Shown: positions 1 through 12,800 of the stretch, piece by piece | Layout: each line of letters opens with the position of its first letter | Numbering within the stretch: position 1 is the stretch's first letter | Source: Selaginella moellendorffii | Taxonomy: Eukaryota > Plantae > Lycopodiophyta | Reading direction: 5' to 3' | Assembly: GCF_000143415.4 (NCBI RefSeq) | Contig: NW_003314300.1 | Coordinates: 501,471-548,287, forward strand | Length of the DNA stretch: 46,817 nucleotides | The notes under the pieces: model-generated | What the model was told of the DNA's origin: nothing | Seen by the model: the letters and a program-made list of their open reading frames with translations, nothing else | The model's database searches: none | Translations under genes and position numbers: made by a program

Positions 1-2449
1 AGAGGAGGTGCTGTCAAAATGCTGATTGGGATGCTATTGAAGAGGAGAGAGCAAGATACAAAACATTGTCCTGGAAGGCAGCTCGCAATTTTGTGTATGA
101 GGCATTACGGTCATCTGTTGATGCTTCAGAACATCAGGTGGGGGGCATGGTCTTCCAGAGGGGTTTGGTCTGCATGAAGGCATGGAGAATCATTTATGGA
201 GTCCCTCGAACCACATTCTACAGAATCAAAACTGAGTTCGAGGAACAAAGGGTTCAACAGGCAGTCCATGGGAACGACGGTATGCACAAAACCAGGGGTC
301 ATGTTGTATATGGAGAGGCAATCTTCAAGAGGTTTGTCGAGACATGTAGCGAGCAGCAACCACATAAAACCCGCCTCTTGGAAGATGGAACACGAGACAC
401 CCAACGAGTTCTCCCTTCCATGTATACCAAGGGGGCCATATTGGAAGATGTGAATCGGGAACTCCAGAGTAATGGCTACAGGAAGCTGAGCCAATCTAGA
501 TTTAGTAGATTGTGGAGCAACAGGTTCAGGGATGTGAGTATAGGAAAGTACTCCAGCTTTTCAAAGTGTGACGAGTGCACTGCTATCAAAATGGCTTTGT
601 CGAAGAATTCTTGCAGCGCTCAAGAGCGAGAGACGTTGGTTAGAAGGCGGCTCGACCACAACATCGAGCAGAGAAGCTGTAGGACTGCATATTATCATAA
701 CAAGATTCTCTCCATGGAGAGACCTGACTCTTACCTCTGCATCATCCATGACAAAATGGACCAGAAAAAGACGTGCTTACCTCATGAGCGATTATGCCAA
801 ACAGAGACACAGGCAGCTGCATGGATGAAGAGATTGCCTTGGGGGCAGGATTGAGTCGGGGCATGGTGCCCAGAACTATGGGAACTTCTTTGTACCTCTA
901 TGGGGTGGCGGGGGTGCAAACATGATGATTGCGTCCCTAGCAAAACACTTAAGGTCTCTGCAAAGTGCGCAGACTGAGCTGAACGGCCAACCCTTGCATA
1001 AGGCCCTTGTCGATCGAACCCCATACAGGGTTCAGCTGGAGGAGGAGCAAAGGCTTGCAGTATCGCGTGGGGCCCCATGCCATCCCAGTGAATATGTTGG
1101 CCGTCAGATTGTAGGGTTATCACGTGAGGCCTCATGCCATTCCGACGAGGCTGGTCGCCCGGTGAATGCACAGCCTCATCCAAACGAAGCAGAATCTCAA
1201 GGAAGTTCTTGCGGCCGATGTGGCCTTCCACCCCATCTTCTGCTCCAAACAGACAATGCTGGCAGTGAGAACAAAAACATGTACGTCTTCGCGTACTTGG
1301 CGATGCTTGNNNNNNNNNNNNNNNNNNNNNNNNNNNNNNNNNNNNNNNNNNNNNNNNNNNNNNNNNNNNNNNNNNNNNNNNNNNNNNNNNNNNNNNNNNN
1401 NNNNNNNNNNNNNNNNNNNNNNNNNNNNNNNNNNNNNNNNNNNNNNNNNNNNNNNNNNNNNNNNNNNNNNNNNATTGTTGAAGCTGCACTTCTGACAGAG
1501 GTTCCAGACTTTAAGGGGTTTGTAAGAGGCTACATCAAGGACGGATCCGAAATGCTGATTGGCCACTCCAAGCCTCTTCAGTTTCATTTCAGCATGCGTG
1601 ACGGTGCTCCAGTGATGAGGTACAAGATGAGAGAATGGGACACAGTGTGGCTGCCAGTGGACGGCATTGAACTCTTCAAGAGAGATCCCATAACTGGGGA
1701 ACCTATGATTCCTCAGGGTTCCCCACGGCCGATGCATCCGGATGGACTCAAAGACCAGGAAAGTATAGTGGCCGGGATTAGACAGCATATTGCCTTCTGG
1801 AAGAGGGGGTTGGTGTTTGGTGGAGAATCCTATTTTCAGAGGTGCAAGCCTTTGATCGAATACTGGGAGAAGATTATATCTGCTATCCAAAATGGGCCGG
1901 TTGTATATGAAGAATTGGAAGAGTCCTTTTGGCTAGAACCCAGAGCACCAGATAGTAGCGGAACAATGTCCTCTGGAAATGCAGTGACAGATAACGATGT
2001 TGAGGATCACTATTGTGGGCCGAGGAACAAGAAGCCGGATTCAGCATTCAATCCAGTACAGGTCTGCAAAGGAATGGTCGTGCTTGTCAGACCTAGTAAT
2101 AAAAAACAAATGATATGGGTGGGGCGCTGCATCACTGATGCAAAGGAGGACGCGGAAACTAACTCCTTCAATGTAACTGTAGAGTGGTTCAAGCCAAGTT
2201 CCGGATATACGAACGATTGCCTAGAAAAGAGATGGGTGCTGAATCCAAGGGATCCCAGCATGAGCATATCGGTGGATAATGTTGTGCATGGTTGGATGCG
2301 GAAGCAGAGTGCCACCATCACCTTGCCAGACCATGCAAGAGATGAAGCAAGAGCATTCATAACCCCGGTTCAAGGTGAGATTCATGAATATTCCTTTACT
2401 AAGTTTCTAATGTATTTTATTTCAAGGTGAACAATCCGAATCTAAATAA
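1..2449 (+). pseudogene. DUF7869/Sola-like DDD/E transposase, disrupted copy
   Basis: ORFs 66-854 and 922-2430 match the 17234-20132 protein (FSKCDEC, HDKMDQKKT, LQTDNAGSENKN). The frame is broken by an inversion at 783-858 plus one extra G. N-run at 1310-1473. Predicted last intron 2375-2426. Confidence 0.85.
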
Positions 2450-3099
2450 GAGGAGGCGTGATGGCATGTGGCCTTACGCCATTCCTAGGTGAGATGATAT
2501 AAATAACAAGTATAAATTCTTAGTTGTTCTAGCAAATCTTACTTAAAGTTCAAGGTGAACAAGCCGAATATGAATTCATCGGATTGTTATAACAAATTGC
2601 GAGGTGATGGCATGAGGTGATACGCCATTTGAGAGTGGTAGCCATTCCTATATGAGGTGAGTGAAGTATTTATTAGAAATACCTCATTCAATTGTGCACT
2701 TCTAAGTCTTGGTCCACTTAGTACTGTTTGCATGTTTTTATTTTAATTCTTTCTCTAAAATGTTATTTAGCATGTGGCTTCATGCCATTGCTCTCCACAA
2801 TCATGCATTGAATTTCTATCCTTGCATAATACTTCTCCATATATATAGCATGTGCGCACATGTGATATGGTTCATTAGGCCTGATATAGTGTGTGAGGTA
2901 AAACAAAGATGATGTGACATATGCATTTACCAATCACACGTGCATAAATCTAATAATATGGCGTGTGGCCCATATTAATGGCACATAAACCCATATTGTG
3001 GGCTTACGTGCTTTATGTACCATCATTCCCTTGCAGCGTGTGTGTTGGTTTCCTTTTATAACACAACGAACTCCATATTTTAGGGTGAAGAGCGTTCTC

Positions 3100-3357
3100 A
3101 TGGCAAGCACAAAATCTGTAAGTGAGGCAGAAAAGGAAACGGAAAAGGAGATAGGTGAAGATGTAGAATATATAAGTCTTCCAAACTCCCCGTACTATAC
3201 TCCAGGTGATCATTTTTCTGAACAAACGGCAACATTAACAACTATCGAGAACGCCCCAGTAACATCAGAGACAACAATCCAAAGCAAAACAATTGACCCG
3301 GAGAAGGATGATAGTACCGCTGAGAGTACCAAAAAGGAGGTGTCCACTAGCGCTTAG
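3100..3357 (+). CDS. Small acidic Ser/Thr-rich ORF (85 aa), element-internal, unknown function
   Basis: ATG...TAG is open in both element copies (also 20773-21030) and is preceded by a TTTTAG acceptor-like site. No recognisable domain. Confidence 0.3.
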   Translation: MASTKSVSEAEKETEKEIGEDVEYISLPNSPYYTPGDHFSEQTATLTTIENAPVTSETTIQSKTIDPEKDDSTAESTKKEVSTSA

Positions 3358-3993
3358 GCTTATAATGGCGTGTGCCCTCATGCCATTTACTTGATCACCA
3401 AATACCTTTTTCCCTTTGCACTAGTATATCTTAATACCGGTCTGAGAAATAGAATGGCATGTGCCCTCAGGCCTTTTACTAAATCACCTTTGAAAGAAAT
3501 GCAAGCCTCTATGTTGTAAAAAAAAGGTACTAGAGAAATTCCTTAATAATATGAATGTTATTTAGTTTCATGAAAATACACTAAGGGTCAAATGAGTTAA
3601 ATGACTTCTCCAGACTAGCAATGCCTCTTGCTACACCTTCACAATTAGATTCGTTAGAAAAAGATAACATTGAATAATATCTAAATGTTCTCACCATTAA
3701 GTTATATGTCTGGCTAATAGGAATGACGTTCATCTTGGAAAGCTCACCACACGCTCAATGAACAAACAAATAGTGTGTGCGCGCATGCCATCGCTCTTCT
3801 TTAGCTTCAGATTCAGCTTGTTCACCTTGACAATGAGATTTATTATACAACCAGATGGACTCAGTCTGGACATAAAGTCACCGCGCTAGTCACCATGCCC
3901 CAGATATGTCTAGCCCCTGGACAAAAAACATATAATTTCACGTCATTTTCAAATACTTGAAAATTTGTACCTAGTCCCATTTTACTGAATAAA

Positions 3994-4015
3994 TCCCACT
4001 TTAACGAAATAGAGC
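3994..4015 (-). repeat. Right terminal inverted repeat of partial transposon copy
   Basis: TCCCACTTTAACGAAATAGAGC, identical to 21667-21688 and the reverse complement of 9422-9443 (1 mismatch). Confidence 0.85.
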
Positions 4016-4662
4016 ATAATAGCCTTCCCCAATATCTCTGTTCCGGTCCCCACCAAGTCCCTTTCTGTCCTTGGCTGTGTTCGCCAACACTGCCATTGGA
4101 TCAAGGCCCACCGGCCCGACCACTAAGTCCCACTATCCTCTAGGACTTCCTCACTGTGTGTTTGTGTCCTTGGTCACCCCACCAGAGGGCTACCCCTCTT
4201 CCTTTCCACAGTCTGGGACTTTGGGACACCATTTCGGAACACCGTGGCCCTATGCGGGCCTCATGGGTACTCTCCCCGCCTTCCGCCTTTAGGTGCTTTA
4301 GCCATGGGCTTAAAGCGAGGTTCCGTTGAGCCACGACAGGTATCCAAGTAGGTAGTGCCACCCACACTTGGACTGGGAGCATCAGCCAGTCGATCTCCCG
4401 GGGGAACTAGAGCTGGCTCTTGAACACTTCACCAAGCTACCCCGCTTGTCGGTCCGTGTTCACTCTAGTCTTGGACTTCCCAGTGGGCAGCTCATCACCC
4501 AACACTGGGTCCGGCCTTCCTGGGCTAAACTGGCCTTTCCTGGCCAAACTGGCCTTTCCTGGCCAAACTGGCTCCACTGCAGTCCTCCCCCTACTATACT
4601 TTTGGAGCTCACCAAACCCCCCAGGGTCTGGGAGACGAATGCTTTGGGCTTTCACCCTCTCA

Positions 4663-5085
4663 GACTCGAACTCGGACTCGGACTCGGACTCAGACTCGGA
4701 CTCGGACTCGGACTCGAACTCGGACTCGGACTCGGACTCGGGCTCGGGCTCGGTCTCGGCCTCGGCCTCGGTCTCAGTCTCGGTCCCGGTCCCGATCTCG
4801 GTCTCGGTCTCGGTCCCGGTCTCGGTCCCGGTCTCGGTCTCGACTTCGGACTCCATCTCGGACTCCATCTCGGACTCCATCTCGGACTCCATCTGGGGCT
4901 CCATCTCGGACTCCATCTCGGACTCCATCTCGGACTCCATCTCGGACTCCATCTCGGGCTCCATCTCGGACTCCATCTCGGGTCCATCTCGGACTCCATT
5001 TCGGGTCCATCTCAGACTCCATCTCGGGTCCATCTCGGACTCCATCTCGGACTCCATTTCGGGTCCATCTCGGGTCCACCTCGGA
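4663..5085. repeat. Compound tandem repeat: (GACTCG)n/(GTCTCG)n hexamers grading into 12-bp (GGACTCCATCTC)n
   Basis: Read directly from the sequence. It explains the spurious LGLG/SDSD/RDRD/PRWS ORFs in all frames. Confidence 0.95.
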
Positions 5086-5318
5086 CACTTCCACGTGTCA
5101 TGTGTTGGTCCTTTCGGGTCCCTTTTTTAGAGCCTCGCTTATGGCTCGCTTCGTGCTCATTCCTCGAACACTTTGTTGGGAGTTCCACTCCCGCTCTCGA
5201 CCTTTCAAGTCGGAGCTTTTAGTCCAAACGTGTTACGCTCGTTTGGCTTTCGCTTTGGCCACAACCACGTGGCACCCTTCCGGCTCCACTTTGGGGCCTA
5301 GGGATTTTGTGTCTCACA

Positions 5319-6137
5319 CTATCCAAATGTCCAAGGTTGCGGAAACGGGAGAAGTCCATCTACCCAAATTGGACAAAGCCAAAAGGGGATTTTGGCAAGG
5401 TTAGGGATGGGCATATAAAGGCCCATAAGTAGCAATGGCAATCTTAGGGTATGGGATTACAAGGTGAGCAAACCCGGATTGAGGAACCACTCCTAGGCTG
5501 TCAGGTAGGTTCATCCCCATGAATACTTGCCAAAGCATGGTAGAAAGTGCAAAGCTATCTTCCTAGTCTGGAGGAGAATGACCGAAGGAAATGTATGAGG
5601 TCAAAAGGCAAGTAATAAAGGGATAGAACCGAACCATAGGAATTGACAGGCATGACCAAGGGTGGTTATGCAAGTTGGGAGTGGAAAATCAAGTGGGTGC
5701 TTGAGGATGTTGTTACTAGCAACCGCGATGCCATGAAAAGTCTAAAATGTGGAATTATCCATGTTAGACCATATAGCAATTGGAAAGCTTGCGAAAGGAG
5801 AAGCCTTAACAAGCTAAAGGGACAGAGTTCCTTCGAAAGGTTCCCAAAGACGGTTCCGGGTAGCTAGATACTTAGAAAGCCAAGTGTAAATGGTTCATAG
5901 AACATGTGAAATCAGAGTGGTGCAGCAGAAGCGTGGTCTTGAAGCTTGCCATGAGGCGAGGCTATTAAGGTTAGGGAAATAGTTCCCGAGTGTTCAAAGA
6001 GAGGGCTTTGAACGAAAGTCAATGATTGAGGACTTTCACGCTTATGCACGAACCATGTTACAGTGGCCGGCTGACATGCCAAGTGAGATTGGCAAGACGG
6101 GGGGAACAAATACCCTAGTTGAAGGAGCCAACTTCAA
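5319..6137 (+). repeat. Inverted copy of 7957-8773, flanked by a 19-bp direct repeat
   Basis: CTATCCAAATGTCCAAGGTTGCGG... is the reverse complement of the sequence ending at 8773. AGGGATTTTGTGTCTCACA occurs at both 5300-5318 and 6138-6156. Confidence 0.85.
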
Positions 6138-6267
6138 AGGGATTTTGTGTCTCACAACTCCACCACCCATAGACGAAGTTCGATGTCCTCATCGAACGGT
6201 AAACCATTTTATAAAGTAACACCCGCATGTGTTACCATTTCCATCCTTGGCACCTAGCCAATATTTG

Positions 6268-6390
6268 TCAATGGTTGGCATTGAAGGCTCACCATGCCTT
6301 CTCCATATTCGTCAATGGTTTGACATTGAAGGCTCACCATGCCTTTTACATATTCCTCAATGGTTTGACACCAAAGGCTCACCATGCCTT
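6268..6390. repeat. Tandem repeat, about 3 x 44-45 bp (TCAATGGTTTGACATTGAAGGCTCACCATGCCTT...)
   Basis: Units start at 6268, 6312 and 6357. Confidence 0.85.
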
Positions 6391-9300
6391 GCCCATCTTT
6401 TAAGGAGGGTAGTCTCTCCAACTTAGAGACTGATTGGACCACATGTAGTGATTCTCTCCTTTCCTTGGTTTAGTTCTCGCTAAACCTCTTAGAGACCCTT
6501 CTCTAAGTCAATCCCACTACTTCTTCTCGAGTAGTCTCAATTTCCATCGATATAACCTTTGCACTTTGGAACTTTGAATTTTGACTTCTTGGAGTCAATT
6601 TCCTAGGTGTCTCCGACACCTTGCCTTGCACCTTTTGTGCAACTCCACTTCCCCTCCTAGGAAGTTCTCTACTCGAGGGCGCCATCATCCTCTCTTCTAT
6701 TTCGTGCCACCCTGGGGCACTAAGTTCCAATTATCATACTTTGTGCTAGGGCTGTTCCTGGCCCTATCATTTGGCTATCTTACCGCTCCCTCCCTTGGAG
6801 CTTCCCCTTTCGCCAAATCAGAGCAATTCAGAATCCATCCTTGGAAACACACTTCCTTTCCCGCAATTTGTTAGCGTCCAACACCTTAGTGTTCCTCGCC
6901 TAACTTTGCCACTTGGATTCCTTCCAAGGGATTCCATGGCCCTATCTTGGCCACTCATCTTTTGCTCCTATCCGTTGATTGTTGCACCAAGCAACACCGA
7001 ATCTCTACCTCCCTCCTTGAGGTATTCTTTTGATTCCATAGCAAAGGCTCTGCTTTGCCAAAACTAGGGTGTTCATCCCTAGTAAGTCTCTTTAGCATCT
7101 TCTGCTGTGGGCTCTATCCACGGCCCAACTTTGTGACCCTCCCATAGGTCTCTTTAGAGACTACTTTCCTTGGACACACTATGCCATCGCAATGACATAG
7201 CTCATTTCCCTAAGGTGCTTTTCCCACTTGGTCACCTTGACCAAGCCACACCATCATCAATAGTTCAAATCAACACTTTGAACTAGGAACCTTATTCCTT
7301 AACCCAAACAAGGACCTTGTCCTTATTTAGCCACAAGATCACTTAGTGATCTCACCTCGGCACCTTAACAGGTTTGCCAATAGGTACTAGGTCTTCCAAA
7401 CCTTTAACTTGTTAACTACAACCCCGGGGGCATCCCCCACACTTGGCGGTGCGCCCAAGCTAGCCCTTCCGGCCAAGGGTCCATAGCAACTAAGACTGGG
7501 TGTCCCCATCTCATTCACCACGTCCTTGGTGCCACTTGCACCAAAGTGTTCAAGTTAGATATACTGAGCCACACTAAGCAATCTAACCGTGCATTACGAC
7601 TCCAAGGCATCCCTCGCTTAGTGGTGTGCCCAAGCCAGTCTCCACACTGAGAGTCCATGACCACCGAAATATGAGTGTCTTCATATTCCAAACCATCACC
7701 ACGCCCTAGTGAGTTAGGACTTGAACCCAAGCACTAGAGGGTCGGGACTCGAACCCAACCTCCGTATATGCATCTACGGACGGCATCACCCAAGATGTCT
7801 AGCGTGACTCATCACGCTGGTGCACCAACTTATACTTAAAGCACGCTACAGATCACAGCTTAGGAACCTAGTTCCTCCACACTGCCAAATCCTCTCACTT
7901 GACAAGTCTGTGATCATGCATGGACTCCTCCATGCTTGGCCCCATGGCCCACCCTTTTTGAAGTTATCACCTTCAACTAGGGTATTTGTTCCCCCGACTT
8001 GCCAATCTCGCTTGGCAAGTCCTCCGACCACTGTAACATGGTTCCTGCATAAGCGTGAAAGTCCTTGACCATCAACTTTCGTTCAAAGCCCTCTCTTTGA
8101 ACACTCGGGAACTACTTCCCTAACCTTGATAGCCTTGCCTCATGGCAAGCTTCAAGACCACGCTTCTGCTGCGCCACTCTGATTTCGTGCGTTCTATGAA
8201 CCATTTACACTTGGCCTTTCTAGGTACTAAGCTACCTAGAATCATCTTTGGGAACCTTGAAGGAACTCTGTCCCTTAGCTTGCTAAGGCCTCCCTTTTTG
8301 CAAGCTTTCCAATTGCCACATAGTCTAACATGGACAATTCCATATTTTAAACTCTCCATGGCATCACGGTTGATAGCGGCAACACCCTCGAGCCCCCACT
8401 TGATTCTCCACTCCCAGCTGGCATAACCAACCTTGGTTATGCCCTTCGATTCTTATGGTTCGATTCTATCCCCTTACTTCTTGCTTTTGGCTTTACACTT
8501 TTCCTTCGATCATTCTCCTCTAGACTAGGAGGATAGCTTTGCACTTTCTATCATGCCTTAGCAAATATTCTTAAGGATGAACCTACCCAATAGCCCAGGG
8601 AGTGGTTCCTCAATCCGGGTATGCTCGCCCTATTATCCCACACACTGGGATTACATTGTTGCTTATGGGCCTTTACATGCCCATCACTAGCCTTGCCAAA
8701 ATTTCATTTTTGGCTTTGTCCAACTCGGGTAGACAGTCTTCTCCTGTCTCCGCAACCTTGGACATTTGGATAGCACCTTCTATCCATCATTCGTTAGGGA
8801 CTTAGTCCCTTGGGCCTTATCCATTGCCCTTGCGACATCAAACACCACCTTCTGGTGTTCCAGAGTGTCCGGGTGTCCCAATGATGGCTTTCTTGACAAT
8901 GAGTATTTCCTTTTATGACATTGACTTACTATATCGCAACATAAGCAACTTATCCCTTGTAAGGGTATATCCAACTTCCCTATGCTATTAAGAAGTCTTG
9001 GGTAGCTACCTTCTACCCGTTTAACCAGTTATTTTGCACCTCTTGCTTAGTTGCCTCATAGTTGTCAAGTCTTACAACTCATTGCTTGGTGCTTCCACAC
9101 CTCCATCATTATCTGGGTCACCACACTCCAACTGCATGCTCTGCAGATTAGGCTATGCCATTCCCATTCCCATTGGGATTCCTTTGGCAAGGGGTTCTCA
9201 TGAACCCACCAACATAGCCTCAAGGTATCACACCTTGGCACATTTGGTGTCTCCACACCATCGGCTCCACGAGCCTACTTCTATGACACTTCCCCTTTGT

Positions 9301-9421
9301 GTCTAAGTCTTTGCCAAGACCAACACCGCTCTTTCTCATGCCAACCATCCGTTAGCACTGCACCATAGAGGTCATACACAACTTTGTGTCAAAGTTGTTT
9401 TCTTCTAGGAACACCTTTCAA

Positions 9422-9443
9422 GCTTTATTTCGTTAAAGTGGGA
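9422..9443 (+). repeat. Left TIR
   Basis: GCTTTATTTCGTTAAAGTGGGA, 21/22 match to the reverse complement of 21667-21688. Confidence 0.85.
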
Positions 9444-9861
9444 ATTGTCATTATCCCACTTGTAAAATAAGGTTTCCAAACCTTTATATAGTATATAAAT
9501 ATAACAAAATTCAACTACATTGAGGCACATACCATTTTATTTTAAATAAGGAAATGTCTACTCAATCACTTCTCCTCCCCCTGCCACTGCTTCACCTCTC
9601 TCTTCTCCTTGTCATCGTCGTCCAATTTCTTTCCATCCTTTTAATATTGGCTCAGTTGCTCCGAGTCTAGGTGGAGCCCAAGTCCCCATTCAATCTTTAC
9701 TTTCCCCTTATTAATAAAACAACTTCGTAGACTTCCAATAACATGCTGTAACACTTCTAGTATAATGCAAATCCTCTCAAAGAATTGTCTTTTAATATTA
9801 ATACAATGGCATGGAACCCCATGCCATAATAAGTTACATTTTTAAATAAATACATGCCATC

Positions 9862-12800
9862 TCAGACTGTTATTTTTTGCCTCCAACGCCTATACAATAA
9901 TCTTGGAATTTCATCACTCTCCACACTATCAGGATTTAAACCCAATAGTAATGTCATCTCTTCTCTAATACGTCCACGCTCATGTTCAGTGGTCGAAGAA
10001 CCCATCCGGTTGAGCAGATTATGGAGATGCGGATAGTGCTTGGCTAGACAATATACATGCCATAAATGATGACTGGTGTCTGTCCGATCAAATGGCTTCT
10101 GATATACCGTTCCATCTGCCATTTGGTTGATTTCTGCAGCCACCTCCTGGACTGGCCGGTTCTCTATCACCATCGCTCCAAGCCGTTTTGCAAGGTCCCC
10201 CAGAACATACGGTTTCTTCTCCCTAGTTTCCATACTGCTAGAGATGGGGTGCATTGCATATGTGTGCGTGTCCGCTATAGTTTTAATCGGCGAGTCATCG
10301 ATGATGAGGATTTCACTTGACCTAGCAGTCCGGTTCATCACTACAGCCTCTGGCTTGACGAAGATGGGCATGCTACCCCTCACATGAACCATAGTCAAGC
10401 AATCCTCCTGCGTTAGGAGAAAGTCAAATAGTAATATTACTCGCGTCTGATCATGCATCATCTCTAGCAACGTTAATGCATTGTGGCGCATCATGGATGT
10501 CCAAACTCCCAATTGCAAATTGAACCCAGCCCTCTGTTTTAAGTGTCGCATGGTCATTATTAGATCCCGCAGTTTCTCCCGTGTGATTAATGTGAATCTG
10601 TCTCTTTTGACCAACTTGCGACCGCAGGCTTTAGAGGGTGCAGTGACATTTGAGGACGAGCCACGCTCATGGGAGAAAAGGACACCGTTCAGATCAAAAA
10701 CGATACAGTACCTTCGCCGTGACTCTGAAATGAAATGCGTCAGCATAAAAAATGGTACAAGTCAATTTTACCATCTACAATATTAGCGAATGGTGCTCCC
10801 GATGGTCGTTCAGAGGGTTTTGGTCGAGGAAACGTGAAGGGCGGAAATACTCTCCTCTGCAATGTGGGGTCAATCGCATCCGATGGCGTGTGGGCACATG
10901 CCATTTCAGCTGTAGACTCTGGTACAACTGGCTCAACAGTGGCATAGGGTGGTTCCGATGGCGTGTGATCACACGCCATTTTAGCTGGTGCCTCCGTTGG
11001 CAAAGTGGACATGACCGAACAGGCAGCAGGGGCGGTGTAGGGAGGTTCCAACAGTGCGTAGTCAGACGATTGGGCACACGTTGAGTCCGTTGGAAATGAG
11101 GATACGACCAGCTCGGCGGCTGGGGCGGCCTCATGCGGGTCCAATGGCGCCTGGTCACCGTCAGTTGGATACGTGGACAAGATTGACTCAGTGGTATGGG
11201 CAGCATCAAGTGGAGCGTGGTCAGCTTGCTTGGCGTTGATATGGATAGTAGCCTCCACCAGCTCTGATGACTCTTGCAGGCAAGTAGAGTCCACTGGCGG
11301 ATCCATATGCATGTCCAAATATCTCCCTTCGATTGAGATGGTATCCTCCCTACTGGCTACTAAAAACAAACTCATTAGCACATTGAATCGACTATACTGT
11401 ATTTACCATCAACTGCTATTGAGGAACTAGGACCGATATCACTTGGGCGCACTGCTGATTCTGAAGGATTGGACATACGTTTCGACCCTTGCTTGGCACT
11501 ATCCTTCCTCGACACTAAAGGCTAGAGTTTGTATCTTAATTCAACTGAATAATCTCTACTTACCATTTGCTTTGCAACCTACATGGACAATGTTAGAAAT
11601 GGTAAAAGGTTAGGAATGGATGTACTATTATTTACCTGATGGTTTGTCTTGTATGACCTTCCTCCGCTGCTCTTTGGCCACCTCAGGCTGGCCATCGTCG
11701 TCATCATTGTCGTCATCGTTATTGTGATCGTCACCATTGTGAGGACCATCCAAGTCCTCTTCGTCCTCCTCTTCTTCGTCCTCCTCTTCTTTGTCCTCCT
11801 CTTCGTCCTTCTGCTCTTCCTGCTCATTATCTTTCTCTGGCTCCTCATCCCCCTCTTGCATTTCTTCCATAGGCTGCTCAGGCTAGATGGCTTGTTCTTC
11901 CAGGACCATCTTGGGAAAATCATCTAGCCGAGTCTCCATCTCAAAATACAAGACATCCATAGCCTGTTTTAGTGCGTGACCTAGGACCGTATCCTCACCC
12001 GACTGTCTTAACATGGTTTCTGCACGTTCTTGCACCCTTCGAAGACAACGAGATGAGAAAAATGTGGCCCTGACTTGAAAAGCATCCCTCATCCATTGTA
12101 CCTCTCCATTGAGATTGGGGAAGGGGAGTCCGCCATAGGAATCTGAGTCAGGAGGTGGTGACCGCGAGGCATTACCTATCATCTTTTCGTTGCCCTTCTT
12201 CCTTTTCGAATCAAACGCCTCTGATCCTGACAACTGTCCAACGTGCTTTCGCTTTTTATGACCACTGTCAGTTTGAGCTTGGCTGGTGCTTGCCTGTTTT
12301 GCCTTTGAAGAAGTGTCTCCTGCAAAGAATGGCATGAGACCACACACCATTGCAAATATAATTTGTACCTCCTTTTTTCCTATTGCTTGTCTTTTTGTCC
12401 TTCTTCGACGCGCCACCAGTGCGCTTTTCAGTCCTCGTGTCTGAATATTCACAACAATCTATAATCAAAATGGCGTGAGGCCTCACGTGACCTTACCTTG
12501 TGCAGGTTGTGAGCTTGGCCCAACATGGGTATCTTCAACGGTAGCTGTTAACGCCGTTTCAGCATCTGGGGGTGGCCACGCTCCTGCATACAGAGCTTGT
12601 GAGATAACATTTAAACTTAAAGTGTGTACTCACCAGGTTCGCAGAGAAGATACTGTTTTTCTTTGGCAACTGTAATTATATGCTCCATTGAAGTCACCTC
12701 TTCAATGGAGTTTGTCACCGCAACACATGGGACACCCTTGAGTAGTGCGACTCGAAAGAATAGTCCACCGCAGTTGTACTCGACAACGCATTTGCCCTTG

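Larger units (their letters stand above)
1..4015 (+). mobile_element. Partial (5'-truncated by window edge) copy of the TIR DNA transposon at 9422-21688
   Basis: Near-identical direct repeat of 17673-21688 (offset about 17672). Similarity stops exactly after ...CCCACTTTAACGAAATAGAGC, the right TIR, and the flanks then differ (ATAAT vs TTATC). Confidence 0.9.
4016..9421 (-). mobile_element. Decayed LTR-retrotransposon (Ty3/gypsy-like) sequence between the two transposon copies
   Basis: No long ORFs. Minus-strand 7846-8031 reads RDWQVGG..LV...KKGGPWGQAWRSPCMITD, resembling the gypsy integrase C-terminal F.VGD.V...KL..RW.GPY motif. Arg/Asp low-complexity tract at 4660-5090. Confidence 0.45.

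Noticed and set aside
1310-1473. N-run as a structural difference between the copies
   Set aside because: Its 164-bp length equals the corresponding copy 2 segment (18981-19144), so it is simply missing or masked sequence.
4368-5222. LG-, SD-, ES-, PRWS- and RD-repeat ORFs as real genes
   Set aside because: They are by-products of a stop-free tandem repeat in multiple frames.
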